Source: Dehalococcoidia bacterium
GTDB lineage: Bacteria > Chloroflexota > Dehalococcoidia > UBA2979
Assembly: GCA_040880625.1 (NCBI GenBank)
Contig: JBBDIC010000152.1
Location: 9,239-47,176, forward strand
Reading direction: 5' to 3'
DNA length: 37,938 nucleotides
Position 1 is the stretch's first letter. Every line of letters begins with the position of its first letter. This document shows positions 23,759 to 32,919 of the stretch, piece after piece. The position numbers were made by a program, and so were the translations under genes. Below the pieces are notes generated by a model that was not told the DNA's origin, ran no database searches, and saw nothing but the letters and a program-made list of their open reading frames with translations.

Positions 23759-24795
23759 CTATGACTCTGGCCGGACCACACTGTCAGAACTCTCGACGCC
23801 CGCTTCCCCGAACGTCGCCATCTCGTCGAGGACGCGGCACGCGGCGACACAGAGCGAGATGCCGAGTGCGGCACCGCTGCCTTCGCCCAGCCGCATCCCG
23901 AGGTCAAGCAGCGGCTCCAGTTGCAGATACTCAAGCGTCGCAGTGTGCCCCGGCTCCATAGAACGATGAGCGGCGACCAGGTAGGTGCGCAGCTCTGGCG
24001 CGATTGCCTCCGCGATCAGCGCCGCGGCCCCGGAGATCACGCCGTCGATGACGACGGGAATGCGTGCGGCGGCGGCGGCGAGGTAGACACCAGCGAGGAC
24101 ACCCGATTTCGAAACCGCCTACCTTCGCGAGCAGGCTGATGCCGTCATCGGGATCAGCCTGGTTCACATCCAGCGCCCGCTGAACGGCGCGAACCTTGGC
24201 CTCGAAGCGATCGTCATCGACACCTGTGCCGCGGGCAGTCACGGTACGCGCGGCTCCGCCGGTGACAGCGGCAATGATCGCCGCAGCGGCCGTAGTGTTC
24301 CCGATACCCATGTCGCCGCACGCCACGATGCTGGCGCCGCGGAACGAACGCTCCTGAGCGAGAAGCGCGATGCCCTCGCCGACGGCGCGCTCGGCTACCG
24401 CGTGCGACATCGCCGGTCCGATAGTGATGCCGTTCGTCCCGGGGTCGAGGCGCAACCGATAAAGCGCCTCATCGTCTGGCGTCTCGCCGTCGACGCCGGC
24501 GTCGACGATACGAACTCGCGCGCCAGCATGATGAGCGAGCACGTTGATCGCTGCCCCGCCGGCGAGGAAGTTACTGACCATCTGCCTGGTGACCTCGCGC
24601 GGGTATGCCGACACACCGTGACGCGCCACACCGTGGTCGGCGGCCGCGATGACGATCAGGCGCTCAGCAAGCCTGGGACGATCGGTCCCGGTCATCCCTG
24701 CGATACAGCCTAGTGTTCGAGGCGCCCAAGGGAACCCAGAGGATGCTCGCGACCGTCGTTGTAATCAGCGCGGCCCAGTCACCATCTCTACTCAT
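23759..24795 (-). pseudogene. cobT: Nicotinate-nucleotide--dimethylbenzimidazole phosphoribosyltransferase, disrupted by three frameshifts
   Basis: CobT-like segments lie in different frames. Frame 0 holds the ATG at 24795 (GAGGAG Shine-Dalgarno). Frame 1 holds REHPLGSLGRLEH and then a TAG. Frame 2 holds LGCIAGMTG...VIAAADHGV...GDMGIGNTTAAA...LLAKVGGFEI. Frame 1 again holds GVLAGVYLAAAAARIPVVIDGVISGAAAL...EPGH...MRLGEGSGAA...MATFGEAGV. The total length of 1037 nt is not a multiple of 3. One indel is an extra G in a G-run (ccc at 24102-24104 on the + strand). Another is near 24711-24716, and a third is near 24745-24770. Confidence 0.8.
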
Positions 24796-24882
24796 TGGAC
24801 TCCTCGATGATTCAGCCCGTGTCTCCGTGTACGAAATGACGTCACGCGTCCAACCCGATCCGCGCGACCAAGTGGTGGATCG

Positions 24883-26382
24883 TCACGTCTTCTGCCGCAA
24901 CATCGCGCGGATGGCATCCACGTCCAGGTGCGTGCGGACGGTCGAGGCGAGTCGGTCGAACGCTTGCTGGCGCGCGACACCGCTCTCCGAAGGCGATGTG
25001 CGGTCTGATCTGCGCCCGAGACCGGCGAGGAGCGCGTGGCGGACGCCGTCGTTGTGGAGCAGGCCGTGCAGGTACGTACCCGCGACACGCCCGTCGGCAG
25101 AAACGGCGCCGTCAGGCCTTCCATCGAGATCGAGAAGTGGGGAGATGCTCCCCATCGTTCGTCCCATATGGATCTCATAGCCGCGGACATCGAGCCCGGA
25201 AGCGGCTGACCAGGCGCCCGGGACGCTGCACATGGTTCCCCCAACGCGCTGCGTCGCCTTCACCGCCGTAAACTCCGTCGTCAGCGGCAGCAGTCCGAGT
25301 CCGTTGACTTCCGTACCCGGCGCGGCCTCCACCCCGTCGCGGTCGAGGAGCCGCTCCCCCAGCATCTGGTAGCCACCACAGATACCGAGGACGTGCGCGC
25401 CCGTCGCGACGCGTGCGGAGATCGCCTCGTCAAGACCCTCGGCACGCAGCCAACCGAGATCGGCTACGGTCGCCTTTGTGCCGGGAATCAAGATGAGATC
25501 GGGCATCCCCAGCGCGCGCCCACTTTCCACCCAGCGGACGCGCACCCCGGGCTCACGGAGCAGGGGGTCGAAGTCGTCGAAGTTCGCGATACGAGGAAGG
25601 CGGATCGCTGCGACCTCGACCTCGCCTGGCGCCGCGGTGCCGGCGCGCGGGAGCCGCTCCAGGGCGACAGCGTCTTCATCGGCGACACCCAGGCGGTCGA
25701 TCCACGGGATGACGCCCAGCACGGGGACGCCGCCGCGCGCCTCGACCAGCTCGATTGCGGGCTGCAGCAGCGATGGGTCGCCGCGGAAGCGATTAATCAC
25801 GAGTCCGCGAACCAGAGGACGGTCCTCCGGGAGGAGCAGGTCGAGCGTGCCGAGGAAGTGCGCGAAGACCCCGCCGCGGTCGATGTCGCCGACGAGCAGC
25901 GTGAGCGCACCCGCATGGCGTGCGACGCGCATGTTCACGATGTCGCTCGCCTGCAGGTTCGGCTCCGCAGCGCTCCCGGCGCCCTCCACGACCACGAGGT
26001 CGTATCGCTCCCGTAGTGAACCGAGGGCGCGCTCCACATGTGGCCAGAAGTCTCGCTTCCGCTCGATGAACTCGCTGCTGCGCAGCACACCCGCGGGCCG
26101 GCCGTCGAGCACCACCTGCGATGTGCGATCGCCCTGCGGCTTCAGCAGCACGGGGTTCATCGCCACCTCGGGTTCGAGGCCAGCGGCGGCGGCCTGCTCC
26201 GCCTGCGCCCGACCGATCTCGAGGCCATCGGCGGTCACCGCCGCGTTGTTCGACATGTTCTGCGCCTTGAACGGCGCCACCTGCACCCCGTCCTGGGCGA
26301 AGATGCGACAGAGCGCCGTCACCAGCACGGACTTCCCCACGGAGGACGCCGTGCCGACGACCATCAGTACCGGGGCGGTCAT
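24883..26382 (-). CDS. cobQ: Cobyric acid synthase
   Basis: LMVVGTASSVGKSVLVTALCRIF...APFKAQNMSNNA..., with a C-terminal glutamine amidotransferase domain (GICGGYQMLG...GYEIHMG). The ATG at 26382 overlaps the upstream TGA (ATGA). Confidence 0.95.
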   Translation of the reverse strand: MTAPVLMVVGTASSVGKSVLVTALCRIFAQDGVQVAPFKAQNMSNNAAVTADGLEIGRAQAEQAAAAGLEPEVAMNPVLLKPQGDRTSQVVLDGRPAGVLRSSEFIERKRDFWPHVERALGSLRERYDLVVVEGAGSAAEPNLQASDIVNMRVARHAGALTLLVGDIDRGGVFAHFLGTLDLLLPEDRPLVRGLVINRFRGDPSLLQPAIELVEARGGVPVLGVIPWIDRLGVADEDAVALERLPRAGTAAPGEVEVAAIRLPRIANFDDFDPLLREPGVRVRWVESGRALGMPDLILIPGTKATVADLGWLRAEGLDEAISARVATGAHVLGICGGYQMLGERLLDRDGVEAAPGTEVNGLGLLPLTTEFTAVKATQRVGGTMCSVPGAWSAASGLDVRGYEIHMGRTMGSISPLLDLDGRPDGAVSADGRVAGTYLHGLLHNDGVRHALLAGLGRRSDRTSPSESGVARQQAFDRLASTVRTHLDVDAIRAMLRQKT

Positions 26383-27452
26383 CGCCGGCCTCGCCGCGCG
26401 GGAGTTGGCAGCGCCGCGAGTGCCGCCTCGAGGGCGTCGCCGTGCTCGATGGGCGGTATGGCGACACGTACCCACTCCGGCAGCCCGAACGACGCGCAGT
26501 CTCGTGCCAGGAAACCGTGGTCGAGCAGCGTCCGGCGTGTGGACGCCGCCTCGCCCGTACGGATCAGCAGGAAGTTCGCCCGCCCCGGGGCTACCTCGAA
26601 TCCGCGTGCCTTACACGCCCGCCTGAGCCGTTCGCGCAGCCTCCACGTCTTGGCAAGGGCCGCGATGCGGGCCTGCCGCTGCTCGGTCGCGACAAGCCCC
26701 GCAGCGAGCGAGGCTGCGTCCACCGACCACGACGGCTGCAGCGCCGCGAGACGTGCGACGAGCTCCGGGGCTCCGACGACGTAGCCCAGACGCAGGCCGG
26801 GTATGGCGTGGAGTTTGGTCAGGGAATGGATCACCACGATCGGCCGCCCCTCCCGCACGAGGTCGTCCGGATCCCATGCGTCCTCGACAAAGTCGTTGTA
26901 GGCGGCGTCGACGACGGTCAAGCGCTCTCCTTCGTGAGTCTCGGTCAGGCGCTCCACCTCCGGTCGGGCTGCGTATGCCCCCGTCGGATTGTTCGGCTGG
27001 CACAGGAACACCATCGCCGCGGTGTCGACTTCCGGTGCGTCGAGCCGTGGCTGGAACGCGGGCGGGCGAGCAGTGGCCTCTATGGCGCGGGCACCGGCCG
27101 CTTCAATCGCTGGCCGATACTCACCAAAGGTGGGCCCGAGGATGACGGCGGCGTCCGACGGTCCGAGGAACGCTCGCGCCACGAGGTGGATGGCGGCCGT
27201 CGCGCCCGGAGTCACGAGCACCATCCCGGGGTCAACCTTCGAAGCGCGAGCGATCGCATCGCGCAGGGGCAGGGCGTGCGGAGGTGGATAGCGGTCGAAG
27301 CGGATCGAGCGTGCAGCCGCCACGACGGCTGGATCCGGTCCGTCCGGATGGAGGTTGGCGGACAGGTCGATCACCTTCACGGGATCAAACCCAAGCACGC
27401 GCAGTTCCTCCTCCTGCATGCCGCCATGTACGACGCCGCTCCCGCCGCTCAT
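26379..27452 (-). CDS. cobD: Class I/II aminotransferase-fold L-threonine-O-3-phosphate decarboxylase-like enzyme
   Basis: HisC/CobD-like sequence with the PLP lysine motif IHSLTKLHAIPGLRLGY and the motif LCQPNNPTG. The ATG at 27452 overlaps the cbiB TGA. It sits between cbiB and cobQ. Confidence 0.8.
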   Translation of the reverse strand: MSGGSGVVHGGMQEEELRVLGFDPVKVIDLSANLHPDGPDPAVVAAARSIRFDRYPPPHALPLRDAIARASKVDPGMVLVTPGATAAIHLVARAFLGPSDAAVILGPTFGEYRPAIEAAGARAIEATARPPAFQPRLDAPEVDTAAMVFLCQPNNPTGAYAARPEVERLTETHEGERLTVVDAAYNDFVEDAWDPDDLVREGRPIVVIHSLTKLHAIPGLRLGYVVGAPELVARLAALQPSWSVDAASLAAGLVATEQRQARIAALAKTWRLRERLRRACKARGFEVAPGRANFLLIRTGEAASTRRTLLDHGFLARDCASFGLPEWVRVAIPPIEHGDALEAALAALPTPARRGRR

Positions 27453-28414
27453 CTTCGTCTCCCTGCCGAGACCGCCAGGAGCAGGAACGTCGCGACGGCG
27501 CCCGCCGCGGTGTCCGCGATCCGACACGCTCGCCGGATGTCGGCGGAGGTGGCGGCCCGTCCATCACCACACAGGATGTAGGCGTCACGCTTGCTGAGCA
27601 CCACGCCCAGAGCACCGGCCATCGCCGCCATTGGGTGGCCGGCATTCGGGCTCAAGGTCTGCCAAGCATCGCGACGCCAGACGCGCCACGCGTTCCCGGC
27701 GTCTCCACCCGAGATCGGAGCGGTGATGCAAATCGCCGCCGCACCGAGACGCGCCGGAACGAGGTTTAGGGCGTCGTCGAGCCGCGCGGCGCCCATCCCC
27801 AGCTCTTCGAGGAACGGTTCGTGATAGCCCCACAGTGAGTCGAGGGTGTTCATCGCCCGGTATGCCCATGCCCCCGGTGCTCCAGCGACCGCGGCCGCGC
27901 ACCAGGGGGCGAGCACTCCGTCGTGCAGGTTCTCTGCGACCGACTCGATGGCAGCGGCTGCTATCTCGGATGCGTCGAGGGCCGAGGTGTCTCTGCTCAC
28001 GAGGTGGTAGCCGAGCAGGTGCCGAGCCCCGGCGAGATCGTCGGCGTCGAGCGCGTCGGCCACCTCTCGTGCCCGCGCGAGGAGCGTACGGCGGGACGAC
28101 GCGAAGCCGATCAGTGCCACCGCGGCCACGCTCCGTCCGCCGAGCACTCGTGGCCATCGTCGCTCGGTTTGGCGCGCGAGCGCGGCGAGAGCGAGTGGGA
28201 TCGCTACCGCCATCCCGACCCCGTACACGCGCCGTCGCCTCGCGCCGGACGGGGCAAACCGCCTTGCGAGGTTCGCCGCGCGTCCGATGAGCACGACCGG
28301 GTGGCGGCTGTTCGGTGGATCCCCGAACGCCGCATCGATCAGGATGCCACCCAGCAAGTCCGCAGCACGACGCGGCCATTCATCCTGGCGCTCGAGTGGC
28401 TCAAATACTGGCAC
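27449..28414 (-). CDS. cbiB: Adenosylcobinamide-phosphate synthase
   Basis: A 321-aa membrane protein of the CbiB/CobD family (DAAFGDPPNSRHPVVLIGR...NTLDSLWGY...LNLVPARL...SPNAGHPMAAMAGALGV). Confidence 0.9.
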   Translation of the reverse strand: MPVFEPLERQDEWPRRAADLLGGILIDAAFGDPPNSRHPVVLIGRAANLARRFAPSGARRRRVYGVGMAVAIPLALAALARQTERRWPRVLGGRSVAAVALIGFASSRRTLLARAREVADALDADDLAGARHLLGYHLVSRDTSALDASEIAAAAIESVAENLHDGVLAPWCAAAVAGAPGAWAYRAMNTLDSLWGYHEPFLEELGMGAARLDDALNLVPARLGAAAICITAPISGGDAGNAWRVWRRDAWQTLSPNAGHPMAAMAGALGVVLSKRDAYILCGDGRAATSADIRRACRIADTAAGAVATFLLLAVSAGRRR

Positions 28415-29729
28415 GTGTGTCCGCCCTCACGCCCCCTAAGAACGACGGCGCGAAGCTCTTCCCCGGCAAAGGAACTGTACGCGTGGCTTCGAGTGCCTCA
28501 TCAGAGGAGCAGCAGCGGACCGCTGGAGTCAGCATCGCAAATACTCGGCTCGCTTCACCGCCAGTGTGGTCCCGCGCCTCGAACGAGCGCCGTTCGATCG
28601 ATACCAGCCGCGAGGCTCTGCTCGCCGCCTGGAGGTTGGCAAGATTCGCGGACGAGAACGATGTGTCCGCGAGGATCACCCAGTCTGCCGCCGCGATCAG
28701 GTCGAGGTGGTCGAGATGCGATCGCGGATCGACCGCGGAGAAGCTCGGGAGCCGCGGGCCGGTGACGCGGAGCGCGTCGGCGGCCAGCGCGTCGAGATCG
28801 CCTTCGTTCAGCGGGCCGACCGTGACCCGCGCCCCGGCCGCGACCAATGCCTGAAGCAGTCCCGCCCCGGACCCGCCGCCGCAGATGACGTGGACACTCG
28901 GACGCGCGTGTCCTTCACCCACCTCGGCGCGTTGCTCATCGAAGCTCACCGTCAGTGCCTGCGTGAACGGACTGCGGTAGACGGCAGCGGCGACGCCGAA
29001 GACGCGAGAGAGACGTTCCGGCGTCAGCACCTGCTCGGGTGTCCCATCCGCAGCAACGCGGCCGTGCTCCAACATGACGAGGCGGTCGCAGTAGCGAGCG
29101 GCGAGGTCGAGGTCGTGTACCGCGACGATCACGGTGAGGCCTTCATCCGCCAGCCGGCGGAACAGTCCGAACATCCCGAGCTGGTGCTGCACGTCGAGGC
29201 TCGCCGTCGGCTCGTCGAGCAGCAAGACCGGCGTCTGCTGGGCGAGGCCACGCGCGATGAAGACGCGCTGCCGCTCTCCCCCGGAGAGCGTCGAGGCGGA
29301 GCGCGGCGCGAACGTGTCCGTGTGCGTGAGGCGCATCGCCTCATGGGCGATCTCGCGGTCGCGCTGCCCTTCGATCTCCAGCCGGCCGAGGTGTGGATAC
29401 CGCCCGGTGAGGACGAGCTCCAGGCTCGTGAAGCCGTGCGTCTCCGGTGGGTGCTGCGAGATCAAGGCGAGCCGGCGCGCCACCTCGCGTGCTGAGAGAT
29501 CCCGCAGGTCACTCTCGCCGAGGGTCACGGTTCCTCGCTCGTGCTTGAGTACCCCGGCGATGGCCCCCAGGAATGTGGACTTACCCGCACCGTTCGGACC
29601 GATCAGTCCGACGATACTCCCGCTGCCGACCTCGAAGTCGATCGCATGCAGCAGACGCGTGCCCCCGATACCAACATCGAGCGCACGCGCTGATACCAGC
29701 GGCAGCTGGGTCGCTTTGCCCCCGGTCAT
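28401..29729 (-). CDS. btuD: FepC/BtuD-type ABC transporter ATPase with a C-terminal extension of about 175 aa of unknown function
   Basis: Walker A GPNGAGKST, signature LSGGERQR, and Walker B LLLDEPTASLD, with the ABC domain ending near aa 262. Residues of about 265-442 (VHVICGGGSGAGLLQALVAAGARVTVGPLNEGD...) are additional. The ATG overlaps the btuF TGA. Confidence 0.8.
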   Translation of the reverse strand: MTGGKATQLPLVSARALDVGIGGTRLLHAIDFEVGSGSIVGLIGPNGAGKSTFLGAIAGVLKHERGTVTLGESDLRDLSAREVARRLALISQHPPETHGFTSLELVLTGRYPHLGRLEIEGQRDREIAHEAMRLTHTDTFAPRSASTLSGGERQRVFIARGLAQQTPVLLLDEPTASLDVQHQLGMFGLFRRLADEGLTVIVAVHDLDLAARYCDRLVMLEHGRVAADGTPEQVLTPERLSRVFGVAAAVYRSPFTQALTVSFDEQRAEVGEGHARPSVHVICGGGSGAGLLQALVAAGARVTVGPLNEGDLDALAADALRVTGPRLPSFSAVDPRSHLDHLDLIAAADWVILADTSFSSANLANLQAASRASRLVSIERRSFEARDHTGGEASRVFAMLTPAVRCCSSDEALEATRTVPLPGKSFAPSFLGGVRADTRASI

Positions 29730-30874
29730 CTCAGTCCGAACGCCGGGAGACTGAACGGCGGTGGGCTCTCGAGGTACTCGGCCGGGAAGTCGCCCGGCCA
29801 GAGGATCGCCGCGAGTTGTTCGGCGCCGCGGATGTTCTCGTAGGACAGGGTGGTGTGGAACTTCCCCGGCACCACATAGACGCGTTTGTCCCGGATCGCG
29901 GGCACCTCCGCCAGTACCGGCGCCGCGAAGAGTTCGTCGCGGAAGGCTTCGCCCTCGGTAGCGGTCATCGGGATGACGATGACGTCGGGGTTAACCGAGA
30001 TCAGGGTTTCCAGACTGATACGGGGGTAACCCTTCAGGCCTGCGTCGCACGGAGCGCAGGAGCCTCCGGCGGCGAGAGTGATACTTTCCGGCGTCGAGCC
30101 GGCCGCCGACGTGGTCATGTTCTCGGCGTACTTCGTCGTGTACATGACGCGGGGAGATGACCCGGATGCGCTGCTCCTGGTGGCAGCCACCAGCGTCTCA
30201 TGTCGCTCCTGGACCTCCCGCACGAGTTGCAACGCCCGCTCCTCCTCGCCGTACAGGTAGCCGAGGAGCAGGATGGTCTCGATCCGTCCCTCGGCGCCCT
30301 CCCGCAGTTCCAGCTGGACGACGGTGATGTCCACGTTCTCGAGTGCGCGAATGAAGTCCGCGTCACGGTTCGGCGAGGCGACCACGAGGTCGGCCTCCAC
30401 GCTCGCAATCTGCTCGGGATCACGTCCGACTGCGCGGACATCGGCCACGACCGAGGCGACGTTCGAGTAGTCCGGGTTCTGCGTGCTCGTGCCCACTGCC
30501 GCCAGACGGGCGATCGGCACCAGACCGACAGTGATCTCGTCGAAGCCCACGGAAGTGGTGTGGATACGCGCCGGCTTCGACTCGATCGTGATGCGGCCGT
30601 TGAGGCCTTGCACCACGCGGGGCCAACCTCGATTGGTCGAATCGACGATCCCCGGCACGTCAGCGAACGGATCGGGGCCGGGCTCCGCCGTGGGTGTACT
30701 ACCGCCGGCTTCATCCGCTCCGGCAGTCGGTTCCGCGGTCGATTCCGCTGGTCCCGTCGGAGTGGCGGCGGGCTCGGCTGCGCCACCGCCGCAAGCGGCA
30801 AGCAGCAGGACAGCCATCATGAGGACGGTGACGGACAACACTGCCCTCAGCGGACGTGCAAATTGTCGAGTCAT
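29726..30874 (-). CDS. btuF: Periplasmic-binding-protein (cluster A, BtuF/FecB-like) lipoprotein
   Basis: Signal peptide plus lipobox (VLLLAACGGG), a low-complexity linker, then a PBP fold (ADLVVAS...DITVV...NPDVIVIP...VPAIRDKRVYVV). Confidence 0.8.
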   Translation of the reverse strand: MTRQFARPLRAVLSVTVLMMAVLLLAACGGGAAEPAATPTGPAESTAEPTAGADEAGGSTPTAEPGPDPFADVPGIVDSTNRGWPRVVQGLNGRITIESKPARIHTTSVGFDEITVGLVPIARLAAVGTSTQNPDYSNVASVVADVRAVGRDPEQIASVEADLVVASPNRDADFIRALENVDITVVQLELREGAEGRIETILLLGYLYGEEERALQLVREVQERHETLVAATRSSASGSSPRVMYTTKYAENMTTSAAGSTPESITLAAGGSCAPCDAGLKGYPRISLETLISVNPDVIVIPMTATEGEAFRDELFAAPVLAEVPAIRDKRVYVVPGKFHTTLSYENIRGAEQLAAILWPGDFPAEYLESPPPFSLPAFGLR

Positions 30875-30897
30875 GTTTGATCCTTCCAGGTTCCGGG

Positions 30898-31995
30898 CTA
30901 GATCACGCCTGCTCGGCTCTTGTTCCGCAGCAGCACGAGCAAAAAGAAGGGCGCCCCGATGAACGCCGTCACCATCCCGACTTGGAGTTCCGCCGGGCGG
31001 ACGGCCATGCGGGCGACGGTGTCCGCGAGCACGATGAACAGCGCTCCCGCTAGGGCGCTCGATGGCATCAGGACGCGATGGTCAGGGCCCACGATCAGCC
31101 GCACGACGTGAGGGACCACGAGGCCGACGAAGGCGATCGTGCCGCTCACCGCGACGGCCGCGCCGGTCATGATGGCGGCGATCGTGAGCAGCACCGGACG
31201 CAGCCGGTCTACCGACACGCCGGTCGAACGGGCGAGCTCGTCACCCAGCAGGAGCAGGTTCAGATCGCGCGCGAACGCGATGATGACCGTCGCGCCGAGC
31301 AGGATCGGGACGGCCGCGACGCGGACGTGCTGCCAGCCGGAGCCGGACAGGCCGCCGGCCAGCCAGTACACGATGCCCCGCAGGTTCTCCTCGTCGGGGA
31401 CCATCAGGATGATCGTCGACATCACGGCGCTGAGGAACGCGCTGATCGCGATCCCTGCCAGCAACAACGTCGCCATCGAGAACCGGCCGCCGACGAGTGC
31501 GATGCCGTAGACGAGAAATGCCGCGCCGATGGCACCTGCGAACGCGAAGGCCTGCAAGGCGAACGGAAACCAGCCGGTGAGCTTGAAGGCGAGCGCCACC
31601 ACGGCGCCGGTGGCGGCCCCCGCTGAGACGCCGATGATGCCCGGGTCGGCCATCGGATTGCGGAAGAGGGCCTGCATCGTCGCACCCGCGACCCCAAGGC
31701 CCATGCCAACGACGATCCCCACGAGCAGCCGCGGGAGGCGGAGTTGCTCAATGACGAGCTGCTCCGTCCGGGTGGCGGAGGCGAATTCGATGTTCACGAG
31801 ACCAAGGAGCACGCTGGCAGCGTTCTGGAATGGAATGCTGAAGGCTCCCACGGAGACGGAGAGTGTCCCGGCCAGCAGGAGGAGCGCGACGAGCACCATG
31901 AGACTGGCCACCAGCCGAGCGACCACGCCTCGTTCCGGCCGGATCGCCTCGCGACCCACGTGGACCGGTGCGGCGACTTCGGCGAGTGGCGTCAC
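30898..31995 (-). CDS. btuC: FecCD-family ABC permease
   Basis: A multi-TM protein of 365 aa with FecCD signatures (LRLPRLLVGIVVGMGLGVAGATMQALFRNPMADPGIIGVSAGA...LLGDELARSTGV...GTIAFVGLVVPH). Confidence 0.9.
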   Translation of the reverse strand: MTPLAEVAAPVHVGREAIRPERGVVARLVASLMVLVALLLLAGTLSVSVGAFSIPFQNAASVLLGLVNIEFASATRTEQLVIEQLRLPRLLVGIVVGMGLGVAGATMQALFRNPMADPGIIGVSAGAATGAVVALAFKLTGWFPFALQAFAFAGAIGAAFLVYGIALVGGRFSMATLLLAGIAISAFLSAVMSTIILMVPDEENLRGIVYWLAGGLSGSGWQHVRVAAVPILLGATVIIAFARDLNLLLLGDELARSTGVSVDRLRPVLLTIAAIMTGAAVAVSGTIAFVGLVVPHVVRLIVGPDHRVLMPSSALAGALFIVLADTVARMAVRPAELQVGMVTAFIGAPFFLLVLLRNKSRAGVI

Positions 31996-31996
31996 G

Positions 31997-32689
31997 TTAG
32001 AACTCGATCCCCGGCTGCGCCTTGATGCCCTGCTCCCTGAACGGGTGCTTGAGGACGCGCATCTCGGTGGCGAGGTCGGCGAACTCGATCAGCGCATCGG
32101 GGGCGTGGCGGCCCGTGATCACGACGTGCATCCGCGGGGGGCGATGTTCACGCAGCCAGTCGATGCACTCGGCCGTGTCCAGCCAGTTGTAGTGCAGCAG
32201 GTAGGTGAACTCGTCGAGGATCAGGACGTCGAAGGCATGCTCGCTGATGTAGCCCTTCGCCCGCTCCCAACCGGCGAGCGAGCGCGCCGCCGACTCGCCG
32301 AGGTCGGAGCTCTCCCAGGTCCACCCGTCGCCCCAGCCCTCGACGTGGATGCCGGCGTCGCGGGCCATGCGCAGCTCACCGAAGCGAGCTGTCCCGGGCT
32401 TGATGAACTGGATGATCCCGACCCGAAGCCGGCGCCCCTTCGCGCGAAACGCGATTCCCATAGCGGCGGTGGACTTGCCCTTCCCCATGCCGGTGTTGAC
32501 GATCACGAGGCCTTTGCGGCGGTTCCCTTGTCGCACCTGCTGGCGGTACGCCTCAGCCTCCGGCGTGGAGCCAGGGCCCGATGTGCCGGAACCAACGCGG
32601 CACTTCGCGTCCGCCCGATCGGAAAGCACACCGGCCCAGTGGGACGTAAACCGCGAGGCAGCAAAGAGCGCGCGATCGGTGAGGGACAC
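31997..32689 (-). CDS. cobO: ATP:cob(I)alamin adenosyltransferase (CobA/CobO/BtuR type)
   Basis: KGLVIVNTGMGKGKSTAAMGIAFRA...VGIIQFIK...DVLILDEFTY...VITGRHAP...ADLATEM. The start is uncertain. The GTG at 32689 sits right after the riboswitch terminator U-tract, and about 60 aa precede the P-loop versus about 30 in the enteric CobA I recall. Confidence 0.85.
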   Translation of the reverse strand: MSLTDRALFAASRFTSHWAGVLSDRADAKCRVGSGTSGPGSTPEAEAYRQQVRQGNRRKGLVIVNTGMGKGKSTAAMGIAFRAKGRRLRVGIIQFIKPGTARFGELRMARDAGIHVEGWGDGWTWESSDLGESAARSLAGWERAKGYISEHAFDVLILDEFTYLLHYNWLDTAECIDWLREHRPPRMHVVITGRHAPDALIEFADLATEMRVLKHPFREQGIKAQPGIEF

Positions 32690-32716
32690 AAAGAAACCCC
32701 TTCCTCACGGAAGGGG
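32690..32716 (-). terminator. Riboswitch expression-platform terminator
   Basis: On the minus strand, CCCCTTCC (32716-32709), GTGA loop, GGAAGGGG (32704-32697), then TTTCTTT (32696-32690). Confidence 0.6.
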
Positions 32717-32721
32717 TGTGA

Positions 32722-32890
32722 CTCGAACGCGCGGGGCCGGACAGCCCGCGTGTCTGTCACCCGTCTCCCGCGGGCTCGACACCGGCCTGGTTCGGCGACC
32801 TGGCTGACCGTCTCAGGGACGGATCACAGTTGCGGGACAGCGCCGGGTTCTCACCGGACTTCGCGAATCAAACCGTCAGCGGGACTTTAG
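32722..32890 (-). promoter_or_regulatory. Cobalamin (B12) riboswitch
   Basis: The minus strand reads ...GAAGTCCGGTGAGAACCCGGCGCTGTCCCGCAACTGTGA...GGTCAGCCAGGTCGCCGAACCAGGCC.... This covers the GGUG.GAA.CC...CCCGCAACUGU core and a B12-box-like segment. It is followed by the terminator hairpin and the cob/btu operon. Confidence 0.8.
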
Positions 32891-32919
32891 AGGTTGCACA
32901 GGACCCGAGCAACCGATCC

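Noticed and set aside
25478-27581. ORFs of 382 aa and 379 aa on the + strand opposite cobQ and cobD.
   Set aside because: They are antisense to genes with clear CobQ and PLP-aminotransferase motifs, and their translations are low-complexity.
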